Source: Bacteroidota bacterium (GTDB lineage: Bacteria > Bacteroidota > Ignavibacteria > Palsa-1295). From it: a DNA stretch of 39,746 bases. The stretch lies in NCBI GenBank assembly GCA_025363505.1, contig JANYDV010000019.1:1-39746 (forward strand), read 5' to 3'. Every line of letters begins with the position of its first letter. The first letter of the stretch is position 1. The notes beneath the pieces were generated by a model. It made no database searches. It was not told the origin of the DNA and saw only the letters and a program-made list of their open reading frames with translations. The position numbers were made by a program, and so were the translations under genes. This document shows positions 19,608 to 28,899 of the stretch, in pieces.

Positions 19608-19841
19608 CTTGTTCTGTGATTAATTGTACTGATGAAGTTATGAATTAGAAAATTTTCGTGCCTTAAGACCCAATGATCATCCAGTACAGTTTAGGATCAT
19701 TCAAGTCAAAAAACCCGTTTCGTGGCTTTATTCACCGATTTCCGTGTGGAGCAGGCGAATTTTGAAATACTAAAATACGCAAAAAACTCTACCCCACCAT
19801 ACAAAAGACCACTTGACCCCCAAAAGGTTACAAACTATTTT

Positions 19842-20966
19842 TTAAAAAATAATGGAAAAGTGTTTTCCGGGTAATTGCCGGATAACATCATTGAACTCTA
19901 ATTCCAATAGTTGTACCAGTGCTGTTTGGACATCAACACCGCTTCGTTCTACGACAGCATCTATATAGATTGGTTCACCGGCAAGATCAAGAATAGCAAC
20001 GAGTTGCTCCTGAATTGCCGACAACCCAACACGGTTGTTTTTCTTAGGTTTTTGGGTGTTTTTTGAGTCTGAATCTAGCCATTCCATCGCCTTTAAGATA
20101 TCAACAGCGGAGCGAAAAGGTCTTGCCCGGTTCTCGGAAAGTAATAAATTGGGTCCTCGACTCATCGGACGGTCAACATCTCCGGGAAGTGCGAAGACCT
20201 CTCGATTTTGGTCAAGGGTGATCGAAGCGGTAATCATTGACCCTCCTCGATCATCACTTTCGATAATAACGCTTGCCGAAGCAAGTCCGCTGACAATTCT
20301 ATTGCGCCATGGAAAATTCTTTGCATCGGGTCGTGCCCCGTAAGCAAGCTCGGAAACGATTAAGCCTCTCCCGGAGGCGATCAACTCCTTGGCAAATGAT
20401 TTATTAGATGCCGGGTAGATCACATTTATTCCTGAACCAAGCACGGCAATGGTCGAACCACCCGCATCAAAAACAGCTCGATGTGCAACGGTATCGACTC
20501 CTGTTGCGAAACCGCTGGTGACCGTGACAGAGTGTTGTGCAAATGTTTTGCATAATTCTGTAGTGATACGTCTGCCATAATCGGTGATCGTTCGAGTACC
20601 AATAACCGCAATATTTCTATCTGACGATAGCAAGTCGATATTTCCGCTATAGAACAATAATGCCGGGGGATTAAAAATATTTCGGAGTGTCTCCGGGTAT
20701 GCTTGATCAAAAAAAGTAAGAATAGAAATATCTTGAGTTATCATATCTAAATGATTCTCAGCAGTTTCGAGTGCCTCGGTTTTTGAGGCAACACATTGTT
20801 CTGCAAGGTTGGGACCAAAGCCCGGGGTTTTTTCGAGTTGTTTAGCCGAAGCTTTAAAGGCACGCTCTGCATCCCCAAAATAGGTTCTGAGGGCGATCAA
20901 TCGTTGTGCGCCGATACCGTCGCAAAGATATAATGCATAATAATACCGAAGCTCGTCTGGGCTCAT
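19842..20966 (-). CDS. dprA: DNA-processing protein DprA
   Basis: YPETLRNIFNPPALLF, IAVIGTR, SGFATGVDT.AH, TIAVLGSG, FPWRNRIVSGL, GGSMITA, REVFALPG, GPN.L, C-terminal winged helix LLELEF. Confidence 0.95.
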   Translation of the reverse strand: MSPDELRYYYALYLCDGIGAQRLIALRTYFGDAERAFKASAKQLEKTPGFGPNLAEQCVASKTEALETAENHLDMITQDISILTFFDQAYPETLRNIFNPPALLFYSGNIDLLSSDRNIAVIGTRTITDYGRRITTELCKTFAQHSVTVTSGFATGVDTVAHRAVFDAGGSTIAVLGSGINVIYPASNKSFAKELIASGRGLIVSELAYGARPDAKNFPWRNRIVSGLASASVIIESDDRGGSMITASITLDQNREVFALPGDVDRPMSRGPNLLLSENRARPFRSAVDILKAMEWLDSDSKNTQKPKKNNRVGLSAIQEQLVAILDLAGEPIYIDAVVERSGVDVQTALVQLLELEFNDVIRQLPGKHFSIIF

Positions 20967-20981
20967 ATTAGAGAGACATTT

Positions 20982-21782
20982 TTATTTTCCTTGGAATTGA
21001 GCTTTGCGTTTTTCAAGGAAAGCAGACGTGCCTTCATGAAAATCAGCGGTGGTGGTAAGCTGTCCGAAACATTCGGCTTCTCTGCCAAGACCCTCATCAA
21101 TAGATTCATCTATTCCTTCAACGATACATTCGAGAGCAGCACTGATTGCCAGTGGTGCTTTCGATGCTATCGTCATTGCCATTGACACAGCCGTCGGGAG
21201 TAGGTCGTCGATAGGGACCACACGAGCAACGAGACCTTGTTCGAGTGCTTCGCGAGCATCCATTTGCCTTCCGGTTAAGATCAGATCAGTAGCCATTGTT
21301 CTGCCGAGAACACGCGTCAGGCGTTGGGTGCCGCCATACCCCGGAATAATACCGAGATTTACCTCGGGCTGTCCGAATTTTGCATTGTCCGAACAAATTC
21401 TAATATGGCAAGCTAACGCTAATTCACAGCCTCCGCCAAGAGCAAATCCATTGACGGCGGCGATAAATGGTTTTGGAGAAGTCTCGATCAAGCTAAAAAC
21501 GGACTGTCCCATCAGCGCAAATTCTCGCCCTTCTTCGGGATCATTGAGTGCTGCGAGTTCTGAAATATCAGCTCCGGCTACGAAAGCCTTTCCGCCTTTG
21601 CCGGTAATAATGACTGATCGGACGTCGTCGCGCATTCTCAAATCTGTGACTAAATGTCGCAGATCATCAAGTACTGCCGACGAAAGTGAATTTAATTTTT
21701 CCGGACGGTTGATCGTGATCGTCGCTACGAGAGCATCAATCGAACATTCAAGTGTTTGGTAGTCACCAATAGTGTTTGGCAT
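20982..21782 (-). CDS. Enoyl-CoA hydratase/crotonase
   Basis: ITINRPEKLN, KAFVAGADI, AAVNGFALGGGCELALACHIR, FGQPEVNLGIIPGYGGTQRL, EG..AFLEKR. Confidence 0.93.
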   Translation of the reverse strand: MPNTIGDYQTLECSIDALVATITINRPEKLNSLSSAVLDDLRHLVTDLRMRDDVRSVIITGKGGKAFVAGADISELAALNDPEEGREFALMGQSVFSLIETSPKPFIAAVNGFALGGGCELALACHIRICSDNAKFGQPEVNLGIIPGYGGTQRLTRVLGRTMATDLILTGRQMDAREALEQGLVARVVPIDDLLPTAVSMAMTIASKAPLAISAALECIVEGIDESIDEGLGREAECFGQLTTTADFHEGTSAFLEKRKAQFQGK

Positions 21783-21824
21783 TTGGGTACGATGTAAAAA
21801 ATATAGTAACGAATTTTGGTATAA

Positions 21825-22811
21825 CTACTTCTGCGCCTTGCGAAGTTTCTCTTCTAATATCCGCACTCTCTCCAGAAGGTCAGGAAGCATACGGAGAGCG
21901 GCTTCTTGTCGAAATGCTTTTCGCACTTCTTTTGCCGGTGCTCCTTGATAAACTCCGGGTTTCGTTAAAGATTTTGATACTCCCGATTGTGCGATGATCG
22001 TAACTCCATCTGCTGTATGGATATGTCCGATCATTCCGACCTGGCCGGCGATCTGATTTTCTTTACCGATCTTTGTGGAGCCGGAGATTCCTGTTTGCGC
22101 GGCAATGACAGTATCTTCACCAATTTCGACGTTATGAGCGATATGCACCAGATTATCAAGTTTCACACCACGACGAATAATGGTGTTGCTTATCGCAGCT
22201 CTATCTATTGTACAGTTGGCGCCGATCTCGACATCATCTTCGATGACCACGCCTCCGGTTTGAGGTACTTTGAAATAACTTCCGTCACTACTTTTCGCAA
22301 AACCAAACCCATCATAACCAATGACAGTCCCTGCGCCGATGACTACATTCGCTCCGATTGTTACGCCGTCATAGATAGTGCAGTTCGGATGGATGACCGT
22401 TCCTTCGCCGACCACAACATTATGTGCAATAAATGTATGAGCCCCAATGGTAGCTGTCAAAGCGATTACGGCATCGGGGTTGATCACGGCAGTTCGGTCA
22501 AGCCGCTCTGAAAAAACCGATATTCTCGGATTTAATATTGCCGATGCTTTTGCAAAGGCTAAATATGGGTCTTCGCACCGGAGTAATCGAGGTGTTGTAC
22601 CAGATTTTTCAGGCATGACAAATTCTAAACCGACAATAACAGCACGAGCATTCGTCTCGGAAATAAAATGTTCGTATGTCGGATTTGCAATAAAACTGAT
22701 AGTATGTTCATTCGCATCGGTAATCGTTGCGACCGAAGTAATCTCAATGCCTTCGGCATTTCCGTCAATTCTTACGATGTCAATCTTTTTTGCAAGCTCG
22801 TGAAGTAGCAT
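21825..22811 (-). CDS. lpxD: UDP-3-O-(3-hydroxyacyl)glucosamine N-acyltransferase
   Basis: [66 protein letters not shown]. Confidence 0.96.
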   Translation of the reverse strand: MLLHELAKKIDIVRIDGNAEGIEITSVATITDANEHTISFIANPTYEHFISETNARAVIVGLEFVMPEKSGTTPRLLRCEDPYLAFAKASAILNPRISVFSERLDRTAVINPDAVIALTATIGAHTFIAHNVVVGEGTVIHPNCTIYDGVTIGANVVIGAGTVIGYDGFGFAKSSDGSYFKVPQTGGVVIEDDVEIGANCTIDRAAISNTIIRRGVKLDNLVHIAHNVEIGEDTVIAAQTGISGSTKIGKENQIAGQVGMIGHIHTADGVTIIAQSGVSKSLTKPGVYQGAPAKEVRKAFRQEAALRMLPDLLERVRILEEKLRKAQK

Positions 22812-22822
22812 AACAATACGTT

Positions 22823-23515
22823 TTAGTGCGGCTGTGCTTGCGGGTCAAGTTGAATTGGCGGTCTTCTTGAGGGGTCGGTTTGTGACGGCGGCTGTGGCTG
22901 ACCACGTTGGTCCGGCGGAGGCATATTTGTCTGTTGTTGCTGTTTCGTGTTATTAATCAACGGAACACTGAAAATATCGTTTGTTTCAAGACCGAGTTTT
23001 TTTGCGACGGCATTTGTCAGGTCAAATTTTGCATTGGTGTAGAGCAGGGCAATCTCTTTCGAACTTTTGTCGAAAACGTAATCATACTTTGATTCAAGAG
23101 CAACATCTTCAATAGCTTTGAGTAGTTTATCGTATGCCGGTTTCATCAGCCCTTCTTGTTGAGTAACCAGTTCGCCGTTCGGTCCGTATTTTGTCTGGCG
23201 ATATTGATCAATACGTTTTTTTAATTCTGAAATATCCAGTTCGGCTGCGGAGCGTTCGGGGTCACTCATAATTAATTTTTTACGTTCATAGTCTATCCGC
23301 TTGCGGTTGAGTTCGGTTTCCAGATCGGCTACCTCTTTGTTCCATTGCGAAACGAACTGGTTCAGATGCGACTCAGCATCCATCGCTTCGGGAAGTTGCT
23401 TTAAGAGCTTCATAGCATCAACGTAGGCGATGCGGTTTTGTGCAGATGCTTGCTGCTGAAGAATAAACAGCAACGCTATTACACCCAGACAGTTAAAATA
23501 ACGACGAAGATTCAT
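22823..23515 (-). CDS. skp: OmpH/Skp family chaperone with Q/P-rich C-terminal tail
   Basis: AQNRIAYVD, coiled coils, [15 protein letters not shown]...LLY.....DLT..V. Confidence 0.9.
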   Translation of the reverse strand: MNLRRYFNCLGVIALLFILQQQASAQNRIAYVDAMKLLKQLPEAMDAESHLNQFVSQWNKEVADLETELNRKRIDYERKKLIMSDPERSAAELDISELKKRIDQYRQTKYGPNGELVTQQEGLMKPAYDKLLKAIEDVALESKYDYVFDKSSKEIALLYTNAKFDLTNAVAKKLGLETNDIFSVPLINNTKQQQQTNMPPPDQRGQPQPPSQTDPSRRPPIQLDPQAQPH

Positions 23516-23541
23516 ACGATAATAAAATTAACGACTAAGGA

Positions 23542-23584
23542 GAAAATCAAAACGCGTTTGCTCCTATAGTAGAAGCAAACGCGT
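23542..23584 (-). terminator. Stem-loop/terminator between the two skp genes
   Basis: ACGCGTTTGCT...AGCAAACGCGT 11-bp stem (23552-23584) followed by TTTGATTTT on the minus strand. Confidence 0.65.
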
Positions 23585-23625
23585 CTTAAAAAAATGCCCG
23601 TAAAATAGGGAAGAAAGGTCTACCC

Positions 23626-24153
23626 TTACTTCAATGCTTTCTTTACGTCATCGGTAATGTCGGTAACGCCATCAGCGTTCACGTAAACGACATTGCCTTT
23701 ATCAAGGATCACATCAAGCTTTTTCTTCTTGGCGATCGAAGCAACAGCAGCCTGAATCTTTTCGAGAATTGGCTTTACCATTTCGTTTCTTGCCTTCAGA
23801 ACCAAACCATCCTGTTGGTTGAATCTTGAATTTTGGTAATCTTGAATGTTACGACCTAAGACATCAAGCTCAGCCTGAGCTTTTTGCTTAGCGTCCTCAG
23901 ACATTGTGGAAAGAATTTTCTTGTAGCCTTCAGCTTTTTCCTGAGCGGCTTTGTTCATCATGGTCAAGGTGTCGGTATAGAGCGCACTGATAGCTTTGAT
24001 CTTTTCGTCTGCCTTTTTGGCATCTTCGAATGATCCGAGCACATCGTTACCACTTACGACACCGATTTTCTGTGCGTATGTCTTGATCGAGCCGGTTGAG
24101 AGCAAAGCAGCAATAACGGCTGCAAAGAAAAATAAACGTTTAACGGATAGCAT
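23626..24153 (-). CDS. skp: OmpH/Skp family chaperone
   Basis: AQKIGVV, coiled coil, KPILEKIQAAV..IAKKKKLDVILDK..VVY.....DITDDV. AGGAGG upstream. Confidence 0.9.
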   Translation of the reverse strand: MLSVKRLFFFAAVIAALLSTGSIKTYAQKIGVVSGNDVLGSFEDAKKADEKIKAISALYTDTLTMMNKAAQEKAEGYKKILSTMSEDAKQKAQAELDVLGRNIQDYQNSRFNQQDGLVLKARNEMVKPILEKIQAAVASIAKKKKLDVILDKGNVVYVNADGVTDITDDVKKALK

Positions 24154-24333
24154 TGTAGGTTTTTCCTCCTAAAGTTGCGTTAATAAACAGGGTCTAACCC
24201 CATTGAAAATTGACGCTTGTAAAGTGATTTTATATGGCAAAAGTTTCATTTTTTTGCCTGCTCATACCCTTACGGGAGCTTTTGGCAAGGGTTACAAGGG
24301 TGAATAATTAGTAATGCTATACCCTCAAGGGGC

Positions 24334-24966
24334 TTAATGAATCTTAAAAATATCACGAAGGATCGGCTTCAAACCAGCAAAAAACCACTCTACGGCTATC
24401 ACCATTTCGATGAGTCCCATAAGGCGGAGCACTACTTTGTTGCCACTTTCACCGACGAGTTTTAATATTTTATTGCCACTGATGAGTGCTACAAATCCCA
24501 GCGAGACAATCAAAAACGTCATTCCCAGAACTATTGACTGCTCAGCAACAGTCTCCCCTTGGTTCATTAATACGATAATGGTGGTGATAGCCCCCGGACC
24601 GCAGATCATCGGGATACCGAGTGGGGTAATAGCAATATCTTGCATATATTGCTTTCGGGTTGTCTGCTCGTCGTAGTTAGTTCTCGTCAGACGTGCCTGA
24701 AGCATCTCGTAGCCCATAATAAAGAAGATAACACCCCCGACCAAACGAAAGCTGTGGATAGAAATTTGAAAGAACTTAAAAACAAATTGTCCGGTAAGTG
24801 CAAAAAAGATTAGGGTGATCAGGGCTGTAATTGATGCACGCAGTGCCACCCTCCTAACTTCTTTCGGGGTCAGCGATGCAGTCATCGAGTTGAACACGGG
24901 GATAATACTGATGGGATTGACCATCGTAAAAAGCGACACAAAACAGAGTAATGTAAAAGCAAACAT
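24334..24966 (-). CDS. MarC family integral membrane protein
   Basis: LFTMVNPI, FRLVGGVIFF, IAITPLGIPMICGPGAIT, RLMGLI..IAV. Confidence 0.93.
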   Translation of the reverse strand: MFAFTLLCFVSLFTMVNPISIIPVFNSMTASLTPKEVRRVALRASITALITLIFFALTGQFVFKFFQISIHSFRLVGGVIFFIMGYEMLQARLTRTNYDEQTTRKQYMQDIAITPLGIPMICGPGAITTIIVLMNQGETVAEQSIVLGMTFLIVSLGFVALISGNKILKLVGESGNKVVLRLMGLIEMVIAVEWFFAGLKPILRDIFKIH

Positions 24967-24969
24967 ACG

Positions 24970-26415
24970 TTATTTTACACTCCAAGTCGTTGTGCCATCT
25001 TTTGCATCTTCGAGCAATACCCCTGCTGATTCGAGGTCGTTTCGAATAGCATCACTCATTTTATAATCTTTGTTGATTCGAGCTTCTTTGCGCCAGCTGA
25101 TGATGGTCTCGATCACATTATGAAGCACGTCGTCGTTTTGAGCATTGCCAGATTGCTCGTTTGGTATAATGCCGAGGATTCCACCTCCGAGAACATTCCA
25201 GAGGTGAAACAACGATCGTAAAGTCTTTGGATCACCGTCTGACAACAATGCTTCGTTGGTAATTCTCGAAAGATCGAAGAGCTGTGCAATGCCTTTCGGA
25301 GTATTGAAGTCATCATTCATATCATCGACAAATTGCCGGACAATGGGATGGGCAAGCTCTTCGGTTGTGAGCGTACCAATCTCGACAACGCCAACTTTAT
25401 CGCGGAGCTTCGCAAATGTTGCAAGCAATTTTTTGTACCCGGTATCAGCCGCAACGATCGCCTCGGTCTTGAATTCGGTGGTACTGCGATAGTGTGACTG
25501 AAGAAGAAAAAAGCGAAGTGTCATGGGGTCGAATTGCTGAAAGAGATCTTTCAGATAACTCGAATTACCTAATGACTTCCCCATTTTTTTGCCATCGACG
25601 GTCACCATATTATGGTGCATCCAATAATGGACAAATTGTTTGCCGGTTGAGGACTCACTTTGGGCTATCTCGCATTCATGATGCGGAAACTGATTTTCTA
25701 TTCCACCACCGTGAATATCAAATGTCTCGCCGAGATATTTCATGCTCATTGCCGAACACTCGATATGCCACCCCGGAAATCCATCGCCCCAAGGCGAAGC
25801 CCACCGCATGATATGTCCTTGTTCGGCTTTTTTCCAGAGTGCAAAATCTTGCGGGTTGCGCTTGTCGCTTCGGGTCTCGACTCTGCCGGAGGCTTCCTGA
25901 TCATCGGCTTTGCGACCGGAGAGTTTTCCGTACTCTGCATCTTTTGAGACTTCGAAATATACATTACCACCTGCTTCATAGGCAAACCCTTTGGCGATGA
26001 GGTCTTTGATAATTTCGATCTGTTCTATAATATGACCTGATGCTCGCGGAGCAATATCCGGTGGCAACACATTGAGTCTTGTCATCTCGTCGAAGAAAGA
26101 CCGAGTGTAGGTCTCGGCGATCTGCATCGGGTGTTGCTTTGTTTCGATGCCTTTCTTTACGAGCTTGTCTTCGCCTTCGTCTGCGTCGTCGGTCAAGTGC
26201 CCGACATCGGTGATGTTTAAGACATAGGTAACTTTATAGCCCAGAAAGCAAAGATAACGACGAACAACATCGAATGTAATGTAACTTTTAGCATGTCCGA
26301 TATGGGTATCTGAATAGACGGTTGGTCCGCAGACATACATTCCGACCTTGTTCGGTTCGATCGGTTGAAAAGTCTCTTTGCTTCGACTGAGGGTGTTATA
26401 TATAGATAATGCCAT
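24970..26415 (-). CDS. cysS: Cysteine--tRNA ligase
   Basis: IYNTLSR.KE, MYVCGPTVY..HIGH, NITDV, DFALWK, GFPGWHIECSAM, DIHGGG...FPHHECEIAQS, KMGKSLGN. Start is ATG 26415 or GTG 26424. Confidence 0.97.
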   Translation of the reverse strand: MALSIYNTLSRSKETFQPIEPNKVGMYVCGPTVYSDTHIGHAKSYITFDVVRRYLCFLGYKVTYVLNITDVGHLTDDADEGEDKLVKKGIETKQHPMQIAETYTRSFFDEMTRLNVLPPDIAPRASGHIIEQIEIIKDLIAKGFAYEAGGNVYFEVSKDAEYGKLSGRKADDQEASGRVETRSDKRNPQDFALWKKAEQGHIMRWASPWGDGFPGWHIECSAMSMKYLGETFDIHGGGIENQFPHHECEIAQSESSTGKQFVHYWMHHNMVTVDGKKMGKSLGNSSYLKDLFQQFDPMTLRFFLLQSHYRSTTEFKTEAIVAADTGYKKLLATFAKLRDKVGVVEIGTLTTEELAHPIVRQFVDDMNDDFNTPKGIAQLFDLSRITNEALLSDGDPKTLRSLFHLWNVLGGGILGIIPNEQSGNAQNDDVLHNVIETIISWRKEARINKDYKMSDAIRNDLESAGVLLEDAKDGTTTWSVK

Positions 26416-26545
26416 AGACGACACTCAACGTTTGGGAAGCTGTTTCGGGTTCAGATATTGCTCTGTTGCGCCAAAGGATGCGCTAGGGAGGCGGCAAGTA
26501 TGAGGAAAGTACGTCAAATTTAGGTGAAACGCTTTTTGCGGTTTT

Positions 26546-26577
26546 TTTGTCTTAGGTCGGCAAATTCCGTATATTTG
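26546..26577 (+). promoter_or_regulatory. Bacteroidota-type -33/-7 promoter (TTTG-N20-TATATTTG) for the small lipoprotein
   Basis: TTTG at 26546-26549 and TATATTTG at 26570-26577, canonical spacing. Confidence 0.7.
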
Positions 26578-26691
26578 CAACTGAGTGTTTTTAATTAAGA
26601 AGTTATGCACAACTGAATCCCTATCATCAAAAGTAGGGAATAGGGGTGTATTACTTGTTTTTTTCACTAATAAATGATTGAGGTAATTACA

Positions 26692-26910
26692 ATGAGGCTT
26701 CGTAATATCCTTGTGCTTTGTGCTTTGACAGCTATGTCTGTTGGTGTTATTTCATGCGGTAAAAAGGCTGAAGAAGTCAAGCCCGCTGATTCTGTAATGG
26801 TTGCACCAGCTCCGGCTCCTGCAACAACTACAACAACAACTACGACTACTACGGTTGTTGACTCGACCAAAAAGGACGAGATGAAAAAAGACGAAATGAA
26901 GAAGAAATAA
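26692..26910 (+). CDS. 72-aa low-complexity lipoprotein (PA repeat, Thr10, KKDEM repeats)
   Basis: GAGGT upstream of ATG 26692, lipobox VISC, with its own promoter and terminator. Confidence 0.85.
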   Translation: MRLRNILVLCALTAMSVGVISCGKKAEEVKPADSVMVAPAPAPATTTTTTTTTTVVDSTKKDEMKKDEMKKK

Positions 26911-26932
26911 TTTTCTTTCAATTTGTTCTAGT

Positions 26933-26962
26933 AAAAAGGCTCCGAGTGATCGGAGCCTTTTT
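26933..26962. terminator. Bidirectional Rho-independent terminator
   Basis: AAAAAGGCTCCGA-GTGA-TCGGAGCCTTTTT perfect stem between convergent genes. Confidence 0.9.
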
Positions 26963-26989
26963 CTGTTTAAAGAATTATGAAGTAGTCGA

Positions 26990-27340
26990 TTATTTTATAA
27001 CAGTCACTTTTACTGTATCAACACCAAAAGTACTGGAGATACGCAATAGTGTTTTCAGGGTATCCACCAATAACTTTGAGCGATCAATTTGAATTGGAAC
27101 AGAGCTATTATCCCAAGTTCCGGTGGTATCTTTGAGCACCCCGTTCGGAGGAACGACCGCGACAGTCCAGTTGAATGGGCAAGTGCATGTATGAGTAATC
27201 GAAAGTGTTTTCGTCGTTTCACCCGATTGATAGGTCAGTACTTTCGGGCTGATGACCATCCTATTAACGATTACCTGAGTGCCGGTATCATTGCAGCCAA
27301 ATATTGTGATAGCAACTAAAACCAATAACAGCGTACGCAT
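26990..27340 (-). CDS. Small lipoprotein, probable single Ig/BACON-like beta domain
   Basis: Lipobox IFGC, ISPKVLTY...TLSITH.CTCPFNWTV, beta-rich. Confidence 0.7.
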   Translation of the reverse strand: MRTLLLVLVAITIFGCNDTGTQVIVNRMVISPKVLTYQSGETTKTLSITHTCTCPFNWTVAVVPPNGVLKDTTGTWDNSSVPIQIDRSKLLVDTLKTLLRISSTFGVDTVKVTVIK

Positions 27341-27404
27341 AATGTGAAATAAAAAAATATTTGTTCATCTATACTACTTAACTCTTAACATAAGAAGTTC
27401 CGTC

Positions 27405-28796
27405 TTAGGCTTCGAGTGCTTGCTTCATAATATCGAGGGAGATAGTTCTCGAACCGGTTTGTTCGGCAATTTGTGAGAGGCTCGGAAGTTTCCGGACAAA
27501 GTGAAAGGTGAGACCTGCCACCACAAATAATACTGCCGCATCAACCCACATCGAGACGCCGACACTATAACTATGAGCCAAGAAGCCGGCAAGCAAACTA
27601 CCAAAGGGAAACAGCCCTGCGAATGAAAGTGAATAGATACCCATCACTCTGCCACGCAGTTCATCGGGTACGAAACGTTGGATCGTGGAGTTGGCAGTGA
27701 TAAAAAATGTAATAATACTCCACCCGGTCATTCCGAGCAAGATTAGTATTGGAATGATCGTCGCGAAGAGTGGTATCAATGAAATTGAGATCACAAACAC
27801 CAAGATCGAAAAATAAATAACGTACCGTGCACGTAAACGTGGTCCGAATGCCGCTTGTGTCAGTGCCGCAAGCAAAGCGCCGACTCCGTTTGCCGATAGT
27901 AATGCACCATAAGTTGACGAATTTCCGTGTAATACTTCGACGGCGATCACCGGAAGATGAACAGTATAGCTCCAGGCAAATAGTGTCATCGTAACGACCA
28001 AGACCATTAATGCACGATAATTTGGAATGTCATAGAGATAGTTGAGACCTTCGCGCATTGCTGTTACTCTGGAGACAGCCCTGACCTTTTTTTCACGTTG
28101 GATATTTTTTGGCAAGCGCATCATCCATAAGCCAAGAATGACCGCAAGGAAAGAAATTCCGTTGAGCAAAAAGCAGATCTCAATCGAGATTGCTGAAATA
28201 ATAATTGCCCCCAAAGCCGGACCGATCAAACGAGCTCCATTAAAAATAGCGGAATTCAATGCAACGGCATTTGTCAGATCTTCACGACCCACCATCTCAA
28301 CGACAAATGCTTGCCGAGTCGGTAGATCGAACGCAATTACAATTCCGGTCAATAAGTTTATCGACCCAAGAAGCCAGATCTGTGTCCAACCCAAGCCAAC
28401 AAATATTGCAAGAGCGATCGCAAATATCCCTGCGAATGATTGTGTCCAGATCAGGATAGTGCGTTTTGGGTATTCGTCAGCAACAGTGCCGGCATAGATA
28501 CCAAATAGCAGAATAGGAACAGCACCAAGAAAGCTCATCAGACCAAGGGCTCGTGAGTCATGGGTTAATTGATAGACCAACCATGCGAGAGCTGTATTTT
28601 GAAGCCACGTACCCACAAGCGAAATACACTGTCCAAAAAAGAACAGCCGGTAGTTACGATGGCGGATAGAACTAAATGTAGTTCGAACCGCATCAAGAAA
28701 AGGTTTGGAATATCGCTCCGGTATTACTAACATTGGGTGATTGATTGAACGTAAAATTGGCGTTGAAGTTACTGTCTTGTTTTTCTTCGGCGACAA
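27405..28796 (-). CDS. MFS transporter (MFS_3/DUF894-like)
   Basis: RHRNYRLFFFGQ.ISLVGTWLQ, GTVADEYPKR, FDLPTRQAFVVEMVG..DL.NAVALNS..FN.ARLIGP, Q..VPDELRGRVMG. The true start may be internal. Confidence 0.92.
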   Translation of the reverse strand: MSPKKNKTVTSTPILRSINHPMLVIPERYSKPFLDAVRTTFSSIRHRNYRLFFFGQCISLVGTWLQNTALAWLVYQLTHDSRALGLMSFLGAVPILLFGIYAGTVADEYPKRTILIWTQSFAGIFAIALAIFVGLGWTQIWLLGSINLLTGIVIAFDLPTRQAFVVEMVGREDLTNAVALNSAIFNGARLIGPALGAIIISAISIEICFLLNGISFLAVILGLWMMRLPKNIQREKKVRAVSRVTAMREGLNYLYDIPNYRALMVLVVTMTLFAWSYTVHLPVIAVEVLHGNSSTYGALLSANGVGALLAALTQAAFGPRLRARYVIYFSILVFVISISLIPLFATIIPILILLGMTGWSIITFFITANSTIQRFVPDELRGRVMGIYSLSFAGLFPFGSLLAGFLAHSYSVGVSMWVDAAVLFVVAGLTFHFVRKLPSLSQIAEQTGSRTISLDIMKQALEA

Positions 28797-28848
28797 TCAA
28801 TATCACCCCCCTTACTCAATAATCCACGAATTTTACACCGTGCTCTAC

Positions 28849-28863
28849 AATTCCGTATATTTG
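28849..28863 (+). promoter_or_regulatory. -7 promoter element (TATATTTG) for the oxidase subunit III operon
   Basis: AATTCCGTATATTTG, identical to the 15-mer in the 26563-26577 promoter. Confidence 0.65.
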
Positions 28864-28899
28864 TACTTCGTTATTCACAATTTCTGAAATACTCACGCC

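Noticed and set aside
21049-21762. 237-aa Ser/Ala-rich plus-strand ORF
   Set aside because: Antisense to the well-conserved crotonase.
26425-26667. 80-aa ORF upstream of cysS / possible T-box leader
   Set aside because: It spans a divergent promoter region with no protein features, and I saw no T-box consensus.
26667-26921. Minus-strand ORF with poly-Val
   Set aside because: Mirror of the Thr-rich lipoprotein, which has the promoter, SD, lipobox and terminator.
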